Shown here: positions 12,850 through 26,585 of the stretch, in pieces
How positions within the stretch are numbered: position 1 is the stretch's first letter
How the letters are laid out: each line of letters starts with the position of its first letter
From: Squalus acanthias
Lineage: Eukaryota
Direction: 5' to 3'
NCBI GenBank assembly: GCA_030390025.1
Contig: CM059432.1
Location: forward strand, 126,358,001-126,422,000
Length of the DNA: 64,000 bases
The notes under the pieces: model-generated
Databases searched by the model: none
The model's input: only the letters and a program-made list of their open reading frames with translations
What the model was told of the DNA's origin: nothing
Program-made: the position numbers and the translations under genes

Positions 12850-14800
12850 TCAAACTACCACAAAGACAGCATGGCCATTATCAGCAAATCACATCTTGGT
12901 CTCTTCCCCTGCTCCTCTGGCACCTTCTACTCTTTTGGGCACCTCAGCTTGTTCCACTCCTCACCTCTCCTTTAAAATCATTGTTCTCTACTGACCCCCC
13001 CCCAAGTCCTATCCGGAGTTTCTCCCCAAGATATTCTACCTCCTCTTCCTCCCTTAGTCTCTACGATTAGCAAATGCTCATCCTTAGTGATTTCGACCAC
13101 CGTCTCAACTCACCTTGCCCTCTCTCCTCGGATTTCACTGCCCTCCCTAAACTTCTCCCTCCATATAAACTCTACTACCAATATTCACAGCCACATCCTG
13201 AATCTTGCTATCTCACGTAGTCTCAATCATAAGTCCATCTCTGATCACCTTCTTGTATCTCTCACCACCACATCTCCCTTCCCCCTTTTAACCCTATTTC
13301 CTTCTGCACCTTCCCACTACCAACCATCTCCTAAACCCCTCCCCTTACCCCCTCCATCTTCACCTCCAACAGCAAGTGTGAGGAGCTCATAGACTTCATT
13401 GCCATTACAACTGAGACCATCTGTTCAGCTGCTTCCCTACCCCCTTCACCTTGCCCACCAAGCCAAACCTCCCTGTAGACTCCCTCCTACCCTAGCCCCG
13501 ATCCTGTATCTTTCTCTAGTTTCTCTTCCATCTCCCCTCATGCCCTCTCAGAGCTCATCACACCCATGAGACCCGTCTCCTGCTCCCTTGACCACATTCC
13601 CACTAAACTGCTGATCAACTTCCCATCCTGGTCCCCATGCTAGCTGACATTATAAATGGTTCCTTCTCCTCAAGTATTCTTCCGACCACCACCCCCCACC
13701 CTCCCCGCCTTTCAAAGGCACCATCATCATACCCTACTCAAAAAACCCACCTTTGATGTCTCTGTTCTTACAAACTACCGCTGCATCGCCAACTTCCCTT
13801 TCAGTTCCCAATTTCTTGAACATGTTGTTGGCTCCAAAATCTGTGCCCAGCTTTCCACAACTCAGTGTTTGAATCTCTCCAATCAGGTTTCCACCCCTCC
13901 CACACCACTAAAACAGCCCTAAATTAAAGTCACAAATGACATCTTCTGTGACTGTGGTGCACTATCCCTCCTTGAACATAAGAACATAAGAATTAGGAGC
14001 AGGAGTAGGCCATACGGCCCTTCAAGCCTGCTCCGCCATCTGTAGCCTTTCACACAGTCGACTACACCTTCCTCCTTCAACATCTCTCCTTCATTGTCCC
14101 GCTCAGTGGGACTGCCAATGCTTGGTTCCACTCTTAGCTATTCAATCGTATGTCAGAGCATCTGCAGCAATGGCTACTCTTCCTGCCCCCACGCCATCAC
14201 CTCTGCATCTATCCTTTGCCTTCTCGTCCTCATTTACATGCTGCCCTTGGTGTTATCATCCACAGAAATGGGTTCAGCTTCCACATATACACTCACGGCA
14301 CCCAGCTCTACCTCTCCATCAGCTCGCTCAACCCCTTCACTGCCTGTGTTGTCACACTGCTTGTCTGACATCCAGTCATGGATGAACCACAATTTCCTCC
14401 AGTTAAACACCGGGAAGACTGGAGTCATCGTCTTTAGCCCAAGCCACAAACTCCATACCATTGACACCGATTCCATCTCCCTCCCCGGCCACTGTCTCAG
14501 ATTGAACCAGACTGTTTCCAATATTGGTGTCCTATTCGACCCTGAGCAGAGCTTCCAACACCATATAGTCTCTGTCACAAAAAACGCCGGCATCCAGCTC
14601 CCTAACATCGCCCGCCTCAGCCTATCTGCTGCTGAAACACTCACCCATGCCTTTGCCACTTCCCGACTCAACTATTCCAGTGGTTTCCTGGCCAGCCTAC
14701 TGTCCTCCGCAGTCTGTAAACTTCAGCCCATCCAAAGCTCTGCTGCCCGTGTCCAATTCCACACCAAATCCCGCTCATCCATCACTCCTGTCCGACACTG
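12850..14800 (+). mobile_element. L2 LINE fragment (EN-RT remnants)
   Basis: LKKPTFDVSVLTNYRCIANFPF and LSDIQSWMNHNFLQLNTGKT. A short CR1 tail is inserted at ~13975-14040. Confidence 0.85.
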
Positions 14801-15962
14801 GCTCCTGGATATGGTTAGTGAGCTGTATATTCTGATAGTAATTTCTGGTGCTAGCCAGATAGATCAAAATGGTCTTTTCTAGTCCTGACTCTGATGTTCT
14901 TATGACATCTGAAGGGAGAGGGACAGATACTGACCATTTGATGTAGAATTTTTTGAATATAGATGGATAGATAGATATGTAGACAGCTGATCTTCCAATT
15001 ATCTTTACAGTGACTACAATACATTGGTAAATTGTGATCAACAATAATCCACATGAAAGAGACACTAAATTAGAATGGGCAGCACTAAAAAATTACAGGA
15101 TAACTCAAATGCATGTTCTGACATCAGAGCTTGTAAAATACAAATCTCCAAGAAAAACACTAAAGTTTTCCCCATACTTATGACAAACAACAGTGAACAG
15201 AAATAGCATGGAATTATTTATTAAAGTCCACTTTACTGCCTTTGATTTTTTTTGCCAACAGAATCTGATGGTAATAAAACAGAACTAGCTATGAAACCTG
15301 ACAAGATAATTGCTCAGCTGCTTCTATGGTTCTATTGACCCTCGTATGCATTTTGTTGAGACCATTTGCCATGGAAACAGAGAATAAATAGCAGTTTAAA
15401 AAAAAGAAAGCTGTACTCCTAATTGCTCCACTGCATGAACATTAATGGTCCCTTTACAGCCTTAGTTTCTTCATAGATTGTTCTGCTTGGTTTGAAGTGT
15501 TGTTAAGAGTATTTTGGTGTTGATTGATTTGAGAGTTACTGCCTGGTGGTTTTCCAATGCAGTTCACCGAGTAATCAGTAAACAAAGTATTACCTGACAT
15601 TATTGCCAAGAGACCTTCCATCTCTCATACATACTCATATATGATGCAGATTGTTCACCCCCATGGGCTCACTCACAATTTTCATAAGAAAGCATGGAAC
15701 GAGGAACGGCCATTTCTTCAGAATGAGTGTGCTAGGAACTTACTCTCCCATGTGGAATTCCAGAAACCTATCTAATCTTACAATCTTCAATATTCAAACA
15801 TGGCTGGCTGCTTTCATTGGATTATAGTTCCATTCCTAGCTGCACAGGAACCATAGCGTTCCATAGAATACTTGACCACCTCCGTCTACTCTTAACCCTA
15901 CAATTTTACAAGACAGCCCACCAACTGCGCAAATCAGAAATCCAAGCCAGTGATATTCCAAC

Positions 15963-16929
15963 AATTCCTTTTGATGGTTGGATAATTGTGGGCAGTACAT
16001 GCCAGAATTTCGGGCTTGAGCTGTCTGGGGGGCGGGGGTGTGGGTGTGGAGGGGGGTGGGGGGATGGAAAAGGAGCTCCCCATCGACAGTGCGGGCTCAT
16101 AAAATTACCTCCACTGCATAATCACCAAGAGAGATTGACACACAAAGAGTTAATGAATCATTTAAGGTTGACTGGAGAGGGGCGGGAAGGCGGAGGAGAA
16201 AGAGAAATATGTTAGCCATAAAACTAAAATACAGAAGCAATAAAATTCACTAATAGGCAAAGTATGATTTCATTCCAACAGAGAAAAAAAACATGCATCT
16301 TGTTGGGGTTTCTCCAAATACATACTAGAGTCTGACTCTGAACTCTTCAAAACTGAGCCACAAAACCTTTTGTGTAATAACAAATAACACGTCAGTGCAT
16401 ACCTTTTAGGTGAAGTATATAGCAGTAGATAAGAGCAATGACTAATTCACTATATTGGCACAAAGTGCATTGGGATAAACAAGGCTGCTGCTGTATAGAT
16501 AACTCAAACTAATACAAAATAATCCTGTGATAATACAATGCTTCAATTCAAAAGGCTTTTTGATTAAAAATATGGACCGAATAGATGTCACTTAATTTGC
16601 ATAGCAGGTTGCTGTTCAGCCATGTTGTACTGTGGAGTGGTATCATTGCAGGTTTGCACTAGTTCCCCACACAGAGCACTCCTCTTTGCAGTTGCGCATC
16701 ATGGGGAGGCAGAGAGACAGAATTCCTTTTGATGGTTGGATAATTGTGGGCAGTGCGTGCCAGAATTTCGGGCTTGAGCTGTCTGGGGGGCGGGGGTGTG
16801 GGTGTGGAGGGATGGAAAAGGAGCTCCCCATCGACAGTGCGGGCTCATAAAATTACCTCCACTGCATAATCACCAAGAGAGATTGACACACAAAGAGTTA
16901 ATGAATCATTTAAGGTTGACTGGAGAGGG
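15963..16929 (+). repeat. Direct duplication of ~210 bp (15963-16181 and 16721-16929)
   Basis: Near-identical copies that differ by 2 transitions and a 10-bp indel in a G-run. Confidence 0.95.
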
Positions 16930-17580
16930 TCAGGAATCCTGCCTACCCGATGGGAATGGAATGGGCGGGTGGTTAAAATAGCGGTAAAGCATTTACGCTG
17001 CGGTCCCGAAACGCCCACTGCCATTTTAACCATGGCCGAGGGACCTGCCACATGCTCATGAATACATTTAAATTGGGGTCCTATGATGCCATTTTAACTA
17101 AAAATCACAGAAGTTCTGTCCAATGCCAGATCCGCCAGTAAAACCTGGTAGGATGGGTCTCTCCGAGCCACTGAAGCAGTATTTAAAGGGGCACTCAGCT
17201 GCACCTAATTGGATCACAGGATCTTTGAGTTATTTGGATTGCCAGGAGATTTCCAGTTTCTAGCTCGCTTCTTTCTCAGTGTTTCAGTAATCTTGATCTC
17301 ATTATCAATTGTGCTATTATTACCAGTTTCATTTGTATGGAGCAACACTTAGAGGAAGAGGAGCAGCAGCCTCAGCAACCAGCAGAAGCTGGGCCTGTCA
17401 GAAGACAGCAGGTGCGGGGGGCAGCTTGTAGGAGGCTACATCCATCACACAGGGTGCACAGGCCAAGAATCACTTTCTTGGATCTATCTGAAGAGCAGTG
17501 CCTCAGGATGCTATCCTTCTCTAGGCAGGCTGTCACAGATCTCTGCTACCTCCTCAAACAGGACCAGCTGCCTGCTGGAC
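16770..17580 (+). mobile_element. Harbinger transposon left part with HARBI1-like transposase N-terminal fragment
   Basis: ORF from 17337: EEEEQQPQQP..HRVHRPRITFLDLSEEQCLRMLSFSRQAVTDLCYLL, typical of a Harbinger transposase N-terminus. Confidence 0.7.
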
Positions 17581-17786
17581 CAGGGGAGTCCTGCTTTGCC
17601 AGTGGCTGTGAAAGGTACCAGGTCCTGGGGTTGATGCTGGCGGCACTGGCCCCGCTTAGCAACCTCTGTCTAGGTCCCTGTGGATGCCCATGCGGCAGGG
17701 AAACAGTATCTTCCTCCTTGCCCTGATTTCCTCCATCAGGACCTGCAGGGAGGCAGCAGGAAACTGGGTCGGGGGTGGTGGGGGTT

Positions 17787-18820
17787 AGAATCATAGAATG
17801 GTTACAGCAGAGAAGGAGGGCAATGAGCCCGTCCTGGCTCTCTGCAAGAGCACTTCAGCTAGTCCCACTCCCCTGCCCTTTCCCCATAGCCCTGCATTTT
17901 TTTTTCATTCAGGTACTTATCCAATTCCCTTTTGAAAGCCACGATTCAATCTGCCACCATCATCCTTTCAGGCAGTGCATTCCAGATCCTAATCACTCGT
18001 TGCGTAAAAGTTTTTTCCTCATGTCGCCTTTGGTTCATCTGCCAATCACCTTTAATCTGTGTCCTCTGGATCTCGACCCTTCTGCCAATGGGAACAGTTT
18101 CTCTCTGTCTAGACCCCGCATGAGTTTGAACACCCCTATCAAATCTCCTCTCAACCTTCTCTGCTCCAAGGAGAATAACCCCAGCATCTCCAGTCTATCC
18201 ACGTAACTGAAGTCCCTCATCCTTGGAACCATTCTTGTAAATCTTTTCTGCACCTTCTCTAAAGCTTCACATCCTTCCTAAAGTGCGGTGCCCAGAATTG
18301 GACACAATACTCCAGTTGAGGCTGAACCAGTGTTTTAGAAAGGTTCATCATAACTTCCTTGCTTTTGTACTCTATGCCTCTATTTATAAAGCCCAGGATC
18401 CCGTACGCTTTTTTAACTGCTTTCTCAACCTGCCCTGCCACCTTCAACGATTTGTGCGCATATACCCCCAGGTCTCTGTTCCTGCACCCCCTTTGGAATT
18501 GTACCCTTTAGTTTATATTGTCATTCCTCGTTCAACGTTAAATTTCATCTGCCACGTGTCCGCCCATTCCACCAGCCTGTCTATGTCCTCTTGAAGTCTA
18601 TCACTATCCTCCTCACTGTTCACTATATTTCCAAGTTTTGTGTCATCTGCACATTTTGAAATTGTGCCCTGTACACCCACGTCCAAGTCATTAACATACA
18701 TCAAGAAAAGCAGTGGTCCTAGTACCGACCCCTGGGGAACACCACTGTATACCTTTCTCCAGTCCGAAAAACCACCGTTCACCACTACTCTCTGCTTCCG
18801 GTCACTTAACCTCCGATTTC
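17787..18820 (-). mobile_element. CR1 LINE, 5'-truncated
   Basis: GVPQGSVLGP, ADDTKLG, LEYCVQFWAP motifs and an (ATTCTATG)n tail. Confidence 0.92.
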
Positions 18821-19214
18821 TCCTTTAACTCCATATGTGAGCACCTGGCTTCTGCTAACTGAAATCGTGTGATGGCACTCATGGGCTTGAACCGTTGTTC
18901 CACACTAATGGTACAGCGTTCTTAGGTTCCCTTGCCACCCACAAAACTACTTTTTGAAAAACTGCTGTTTGCCTACAACATGAAACATTAACAAAAGGTC
19001 CATTTATAAGACAGCTTTGGCACACATAACTCATAAGGAGTCAAAGTCATTTATGCTGGTTTAAAAATATAATCTATTTCACAGTATGTCATTCTGGAAA
19101 ATTAACACAGCTCCGGATGATTAATTCAGATTGATATCCGTGTCACTTTTATTGATCATAAAATTCATTCTTCACATTTCCCTCATGTTGACAGGTCTGG
19201 TTTAAGAATTAATG

Positions 19215-19942
19215 TTAATGACATTCAACGGCATTACCATCGTCAAATCCCCCACCATCAACATCCTGGGGGTAACCATTGACCAGAAACTTAACTGGAC
19301 CAGTCACATAAATACTGTGGCAACAAGAGCAGGCCAGAGGCTGGGTATTCTGCGGCGAGTGTCTCACCTCCTGACTCCTCAAAGCCTTTCCACCATCTAC
19401 AAAGGCACAAGTCAGGAGTGTGATGGAATACTCTCCACTTGCCTGGATGAGTGCAGCTCCAACAACACTCAAGAAGCTCGACACCATCTAGGACAAAGCA
19501 GCCTGCTTGATTGGCACCCCATCCACCACCTTAAACATTCACTCCCTCCACCACCGGCGCACCGTGGCTGCAATGTGTACCATCTACAAGATGCACTGCA
19601 GCAACTCACCAAGGCTTCTTCGACAACACCTCCCAAACCCGCGACCTCTACCACCTAGGAGGACAAGGGCAGCAGGCGCATGGGAACACCACCACCTCCA
19701 AGTTCCCCTCCAAGTCACACACCATCCTGACTTAGATGTATATCGCCGATCCTTCATCGTCGGTGGGTCAAAATCCTGGAACTCCCAACCTAACAGCACT
19801 GTGGGAGTACCTTCACCACATGGACTGCAGCAGTTCAAGAAGGCGGCTCACCACCACCTTCTCAAGGGCAATTAGGGATGGGCAATAAATGCTGGCTTTG
19901 CCAGCGACGCCCACATTCCATAAACGAAGAAAAGAAAAAAAA
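19215..19942 (+). mobile_element. CR1/L2-group LINE (second family), 3' fragment
   Basis: ILGVTIDQKLNWTSHINTVATRAGQRLG; same family as 59850-62030; A-rich tail. Confidence 0.88.
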
Positions 19943-19959
19943 GATACATTTTGAGGATG

Positions 19960-20185
19960 CAGTGGATGGAACGCACAGTCAGATTTGGAGAATGAAGGGT
20001 GCACATGGATGGCTAGAGATGAAGGTGTGGATGAGATTTTCAGCAGCAGTGTGACTGAGGTATAAATGGCGGCAGGTGATGCTACAGTGGAATTAAGCAG
20101 CTTTGGTGATGGATAGAATATGGAGCTTGAAGCTCAGCTCAGAGTCAAACAGGACACTAAGGGTGCACACTGTCGGGTTCAGCAG
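19960..20185 (-). mobile_element. L2 fragment, degenerate
   Basis: Similar to the L2 region at ~3300-3470. Confidence 0.55.
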
Positions 20186-20292
20186 TACTTAGTTTAATGA
20201 GTAGTTTCAGATGTTTAATGCAGTCTAATTCCACAAAAACCTTAACATGCCCAGTGATTTTACTAGTGTGCTCTTCTTCCAACAAACTCTCT

Positions 20293-20990
20293 GGTCATGA
20301 AATTCGGTTACGCCCCGTTTGGGGGCAGTAACTGAGCTAAGGCCGGACATTTAGTGCCCGGCGCGGAAGTACCGCCCCGGCCGCTAAATTCGGCTTACCG
20401 CCCCGCACAGGAAGTGGGAAGTGGAGCGCAATGTTGGGCGCTCCACTTCCTGGTGGGGCGGTAACCGAGGTGACGTTGGGGCGCAATCGGCAGCGCTCGG
20501 CGGATACGCCGCGAAGCGCTGCCACATTTCAACGCCCCTCCCCTTCAGTTAAAGGAGCAGGCCGCTGCGCACTCTGCAGGGCCTCCAATGGCCCCAACTA
20601 GGCCACCAGGGCAGCGTGGTGCCGCAGCCGGGCGCCGAGACACGGTGCCGGGCTGCGCGATGGCGGCCAGGACCACACCACGGCCTACCATGGAGGGCTG
20701 ACCTGGAGGTCAGCCAAAAAAAGAAAATGGCGGCGCGGGTTGCAGCTGCACCTCCCCTTTAAATACCGCCCCGCGAGCGGAGGTCGGCCCGGTTCACGAC
20801 CTGCGAGGCTGGCGCTGACATCACCTGCAGCGCAGCGGCCCGGGGCGCTATCGGTTAGCGCCTCAGCAACGGCCTACCGAATTTTTCGGGTGGCGCTTTC
20901 TTCGCCCTCCCCAGCGATAAGCCCTTTCTGCCCAGTTAGCGCCCCCCGGAGGCGCTAACAGCAGGCACAAAGGAGCCGAATTTCTAGCCC
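20293..20990. mobile_element. GC-rich MITE (Harbinger-like)
   Basis: TIRs GGTCATGAAATTCGG / CCGAATTTCTAGCCC with a 3-bp TSD TCT; related to 45768-46388. Confidence 0.75.
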
Positions 20991-22046
20991 TCTGGCTTCA
21001 CATCATTCCTTTCTATTACTTTCTGTTTCTACTTTAAAAAAAAAGCTATTTCTGCTTGCCTATTCTCTCACCTCTTCTCATTAAAAACTCAAAGTGTCTC
21101 CTTAAGTGACAAAGCATTTCTGAAAATATTACAGCACTCCTTTCTTCAGGTGATCTTGTGTTGCTGGTAGATTTACCTGGGTTTCTATGGGTTAACTTTC
21201 TGACATCACACTCCTGGCAGGGAGCCTCACCCCGATAGCACATCTTGGAATCAGAGGTGTATGCTGTGTATGATTTTCCAACTACTTTAGCCATAAACAC
21301 ACACATTTCACTTAAGCCATAAACACCCACATTTCTGAGATGCGCTCGCAGTGGATGAGAATCCCTACCAGCAGCGCAAAGTGGAAAATTATCCCTCTAG
21401 TGCATTCCTTAAAATCATCGGTATATGGTAGTAGATGCCCACAAGTGTGGCATTATGGCCTTGTACAGCTTAAAGCTGATGAAGGATACAAGGTACATTT
21501 GTTCTAATTATTGATTTGTTTCAGTACTTGGGGAGACCTGGTGGAAGCTAACTTGTGTTTGGGCACAGTCCTCCAGGACTGCACTGATCAGATTTGGCCT
21601 TTTGCATATTTTTACAATGATAGCAAAATCCAAATGCAAGTGAAGCTTGTGGTATAGAAGATATGTCCAAACAGTTCTCCTTCATGGCTCAGAACTCTTC
21701 CACATGCAATAGAAGAGCCAAGACCAAACTGTGAGGTGGATTTGTGGCAAAAAGGGGAACCAGTTTTAGAGGATGGGCACTGGGCTACATCGACCAGTCA
21801 CTGGGTGGCATAGAGTACGAATCAGCCTCACGACAGGCATGGTTTTCTGCCAAAACTTTTCACATAAGGATCTGGACTAATCAGTTAGTGATACACGGAA
21901 CTAGACTTGGATGTCATAAAGATGGCTAATGTGTCACATGCTGCCCAGGATAGGTTCTTCCACATACTGAAGGCAGATGTCTATCGTATAGTCAATGAAT
22001 AAAGAAGGTATTACCTGGAGGTCAGGTATGAGAACACGTGGTCATA

Positions 22047-22740
22047 TCAGGGCTTGGTGCCTACCATGATTGGGTTGCAGAGGCAAAAAGCTGCTGCAGA
22101 CGCTCTCACTTTCCAACTGGTAGAACCATCTTCAATGAGGTATGGTTTAAGTCCATGTGGTGTGGTCATGAGGACGGTGGCAATGCCCTCACATACGTCA
22201 TGGTGAGTTGTGCTGCTTACCATGTGTCTTGTGAGGTGCTCTTGGTACCTGCTGTCCACATTGCAAGGACTCAAATCCACACTTGTCAGTTGTTTCACAA
22301 CCAACTTGTTGTGCAGGGAATGGGAGGTAATTGTGGTTTCTTTGGGATCATGGTGGCTGAGGTGACATGCCTTGCAATAGAAATTCAGAGCCATCAACCT
22401 TCCATAGCTGAGTTGGTACTCCAATATCTAAACCTGGCAGCTCCACAGAACTACAGGTTGCTGCTGAAGATTGACCAGCCAATCTGGTTCACCAATGGAA
22501 CTTGGAGAGGTAGAACCATCACTGGAGGCTCTGATTCGTCCTAGTGGACACCAGGTAACCCTACAAGTCACTGCCTTAATGGATAGGGTAGTCCTAGCTG
22601 GACAATCAGCAGGAAGCTTACCAGTGTTCTGCTCAAGTAAGCTGCAGTCTTAGCTGGTTAAATTCTAGCTGCATGCACACACTTGAGTGTCCTTAAGCTT
22701 TAGCTCTGCAAACCTAGCACATAGGTTCTCTGGACTTGAC
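22047..22740 (-). pseudogene. Possible decayed tyrosine recombinase (Crypton/YR-element-like)
   Basis: One frame runs about 200 codons with a single stop and contains ITSHSLH and LTRHMVSSTTHHDVC. CAC and TGT are each one transition from the catalytic Arg and Tyr. Motif resemblance only. Confidence 0.3.
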
Positions 22741-22759
22741 TAAGTGAGGTGCATCTCAG

Positions 22760-24119
22760 CAGTGTTTCTCAAACTGGGATCCGCAGAGACTTTCCAGGGG
22801 GTCCGCAGCCTGTCTGCTCTCCGCCGCCCTGCCCCGTACCGAGCCACGCTGCCATGGTTTTCCTCAAGCTCCGGGACCAGTTCAGTCCCATGCTGTGCAC
22901 CTTGTTGTTAGTGAGACTGTGGAAGAGGAGCCACGGCCACTGCTTGGGCCTGCGAGCTGGGGCTAGGGGACGGTGACTGGAGCCTGAGCCAAGCCACGGG
23001 GGGGGGGGGATCACCGAATGGCCAGTGGGCCGGGCCTGCCCTGGGGGCCAACTCTTCTCCTGCCCTTCCCCTACCCTGTAATCAGGGTTCTTAAGTGGCT
23101 GCCACCCCGGTTGCGGTGGAATTGCACCGATTCACCCCGGTTACTCATATTGTGTTCCTCCGAGATTTGCCGGCAGCCAGTCCCTGGGCACGGTTAAATT
23201 CCGGCTGAGTTCTTGATTTGAACGAGATCCTTTCTTGAGCGTGGAGGCTGCAGCAGGAGGTGAATGAACTACGCTACTCTTTACACATCTGTTTACACCC
23301 GGCTCCAGTGGCACAGGTTTGTGAGCAGGCTGCGTGCCTGCCTTCTTAATCAGGAATAGTGCTGGGAGAAGAAGTAAACCTCTGTCGGTGGCGGTCGGCA
23401 TGTCTTATCCAATATGTTGATGGTACCAAAAGTCAGCCTGATTCGTGAAACTCTTCAATAGTTTCAGTGATCATAGAATCAGGTAATTTCAAGCCTGCTC
23501 CTCTTTATAAAACCGACACTGATTCAGTTTTTGCGAATTATTCTCAACGGCACGGCTGGTCTTGCCTCCCTACAGAGACCCACAGCTCTCACTTACTTTG
23601 CAACGAGCGCTCCCTGCCAGTCGAGCTGATTCCTCTCCCTGGCACCGCGACCCTGTGTCATCCTCCTGACACGTAATCAGAGCGCCTGCGGGGCCCTTCA
23701 AACACGTGCCTGGACGTGGTCACGCAAACACGTACAATCCTACAGTGCAGCTGTTACAGAACGTGCCAGTGAGACGGTGTGGCGGTGAGTCGTGCCTCCA
23801 GGAGCATCCCAGCATGTGCAGGGGTGCTCGTGTCCTCACTCACCTTGGCCAGCCTGCTGACAGCTTTTAAAATTGTCCAGCACTAAGTGGCTAATAGTGG
23901 CCATCTGTTGCTGCGGAGTGCCCAGAATTGGTGTGGGAAGCAGGCACACCCATCTCACTGATATCTGTAAATAAATACCCGTTTCTTTAAAAGCATTATT
24001 AAAACACTCTTTACATGCAGCCGTTTCATATTATGAGTATTATAATTTAGATGGGGGGTCCAAGATTACTAATTGATTTGAAAAGGGGTTCTTCAACCAA
24101 AAAAGTTTGAGAACCACTG
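22760..24119. mobile_element. Non-autonomous hAT (Charlie-type) DNA transposon
   Basis: TIRs CAGTGTTTCTCAAACT / AGTTTGAGAACCACTG (15/16) and GGGGGTCC subterminal motifs. The 8-bp flanks match only 4/8 (CATCTCAG / CTCCATAG). Confidence 0.75.
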
Positions 24120-24299
24120 CTCCATAGAATGTACTCTCTCTCCCAGTACATGGCAAACAGAGACCCCACAAAGTAGCGCAGATTTGTCAGCAGCTTGACT
24201 TGGAGACTCAAACAAGGTGCTGGATTTCTGCCAGTGACCAAAAATAAATGAGGATTTCCCTTTAATTTTTTCTGGTGTTAAAGTCACACTGAGAATCCA

Positions 24300-26585
24300 T
24301 GGAACAAAAATCATAGGAACAGGAGTAGGCCATTTAGCCCCTCGAGCCTGTTCCGCCATTTAATGAGATTGCGGTTGATATGCGATCTAACTCCATATGC
24401 CTGCCTTTGTCCCATATCCCTTAATACCTTTGGTTAACAAAAATCTATCAATCTCAGATTTAAAATTAACAATTGACCGAGCATCAGCTGCCGTTTGCGG
24501 AAGAGAGTTCCACACTTTGTGTGGAACTTCACTCCTGAAAAGGTCTGGTTTTAATTTCTAGGCTATGTCCCCTAGTCCAAGACTCCCCAACCTGCGGAAA
24601 TACTTTCTCTCTACCATATCAGTTCCCCTTAATATCTTGAAAACTTCAATCAAATCACCCCTTAACCTTCTAAATTCTAGGGAATACAACCCTAGTTTGT
24701 GTAATCTCTCCTCACAATTTAACCCTTGGAGTCCAGGTATCATTCTGGTAAATCTACGCTGCACTCCCTCCAAGGCCAATATATCCTTCCTAAGGTGTGG
24801 TGCCCAGAACTGAACACAGTACTCCAAGTGTGATCTAACCAGGGCTTTGTATAGCTGTAGCATAACTTCTACCCCCTTGTATTCTAGTCTTCTAGATATA
24901 AAGCCCAGCAGTCCATTAGCCTTTTTGATTATTTTCTGTACCTGTTCATGACATTTTAATGATCTATGTACCTGGACCCCCAAGTCTCTTTGGACCTCCA
25001 CTGTTTCTAGCTTTTCACCATTTAGGAAGTACCCTGTTCTATCCTTTTTAGGTTTGAAGTGGATGACCTCACACTTGCCTACATTGAAATCCATTTTGCC
25101 ACAGTTTTGCCCATTCACTTAATCTATTAATATTTCTTTGTAATTTTATGCTTCCATCTACGCTGCTTACAATGCCGCCTATCTTTGTGTCCGGCAAACT
25201 TGAATATGTGGCTCTCTATCCCATCGTTAATAAATACAGTGAATAGTTGAGGACCCAACACAGATCCCTGTGGGACGCCACTAGTCACATCCTGCCAATT
25301 AGAGTACCTGCCCCTCTGCCAATTTCCTAACAAGGTCAATAATTTGCCTTCAATTCCATGAGTTTCAACTTTAGCTAACAGTCTCTCATGAGGGACTTTA
25401 TCGAACGCCTTCTGGAAGTCCATATAAATAACATCCATAGACATTCCCTTGTCCACTACTTTAGTCACCTCTTCAAAAAATTCAATCAGGTTCGTCAGGC
25501 ATGGCCTACCTTTTACAAATTCATACTGACTCTCTCTGATCAGCTGAAAATGTTCAAGGTGTTCAGTCACTCTATCCTTAATTATAGACACTAGTTATTT
25601 CCCGTCAATAGATGTTAGGTTAACTGGTCTATAAGTCCCTGGTTTCCCTCTCTCGCCATTCTTAAATATGTGTAATTTTCCAATCTAAAAGGAATGGTTC
25701 CTGAATCCTGAAAATTATAATTAGGGCATCTGCAATGTTCTCACCTACTTCCTTTAAAACCCTGGGATGGAAACTATCTGGTCCTGGGGATTTGTCACTC
25801 TTTAGTGCCATTATTTTCTTCATTACTGTTATTTGGCTTACGTTAATTTTGGTGAGTCCCCGTCCCTGATTCAATAGTTTCCTTGGGATGTCCGGCATGC
25901 AATCCTGTTCCTCTACTATAAATACTGATGCAAAGTAATTATTCAATATGTCTGCCATTTCCTTATTTTCATTTACAATATCACCATTATCAGTTTTCAA
26001 GGGGCCCATATTGCTCCTGACCACCCTCTTTTTCCCCAATATAATTGTAAAAATGTTGTGTGTTGATGTTGATATCCCTTGCAAGTTTCTTTTCATACTC
26101 CCTTTTTGTAGCTTTTACTATCTGTTTAATCATCTTTTTTTTGTTCTTTGTATCTCTTCCAGTTGCCAGGATCTGTGCTATTTTTTGCATTTTTGCATGT
26201 TTTTTCTTTTAGTTTTATGCTGTCCCTTACCTCTTTAGTTGTCCATGGCTGGGCTTTTTTTGGCAAGTACAGCTCTTGCCCTTTAGGGGTATAAACTGGT
26301 TCTGTATCACATTAAATTCTTTTTTGAGCACCTCCCATTGACCTTCTGTCATTTTACCCATTAGCAGATTTGCCCAGTTTACAGTGGACTGTCTCTGTCT
26401 CATCCCATTGAAGTCGGCCTTCCCTAAATCTAGAATCTTAGTAGCTGTTTCACGTTTCTCCCTTTCAAAACACAACATTGAACTCGATCATATTATGATC
26501 GCTATTAGATAAATGTTCACGCACCGTTGGGCTGTTAACTAAATCTGGCTCATTACTCATTATTCAATCTAATATGGCCTGCCAT
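24300..26585 (-). mobile_element. CR1 LINE, ORF2 from late endonuclease to 3' end, frameshifted
   Basis: SDHN motif at ~26490, KSPGPD, YMDFQKAFDKV, GVPQGSVLGP, HLEYCVQFW. Confidence 0.93.
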
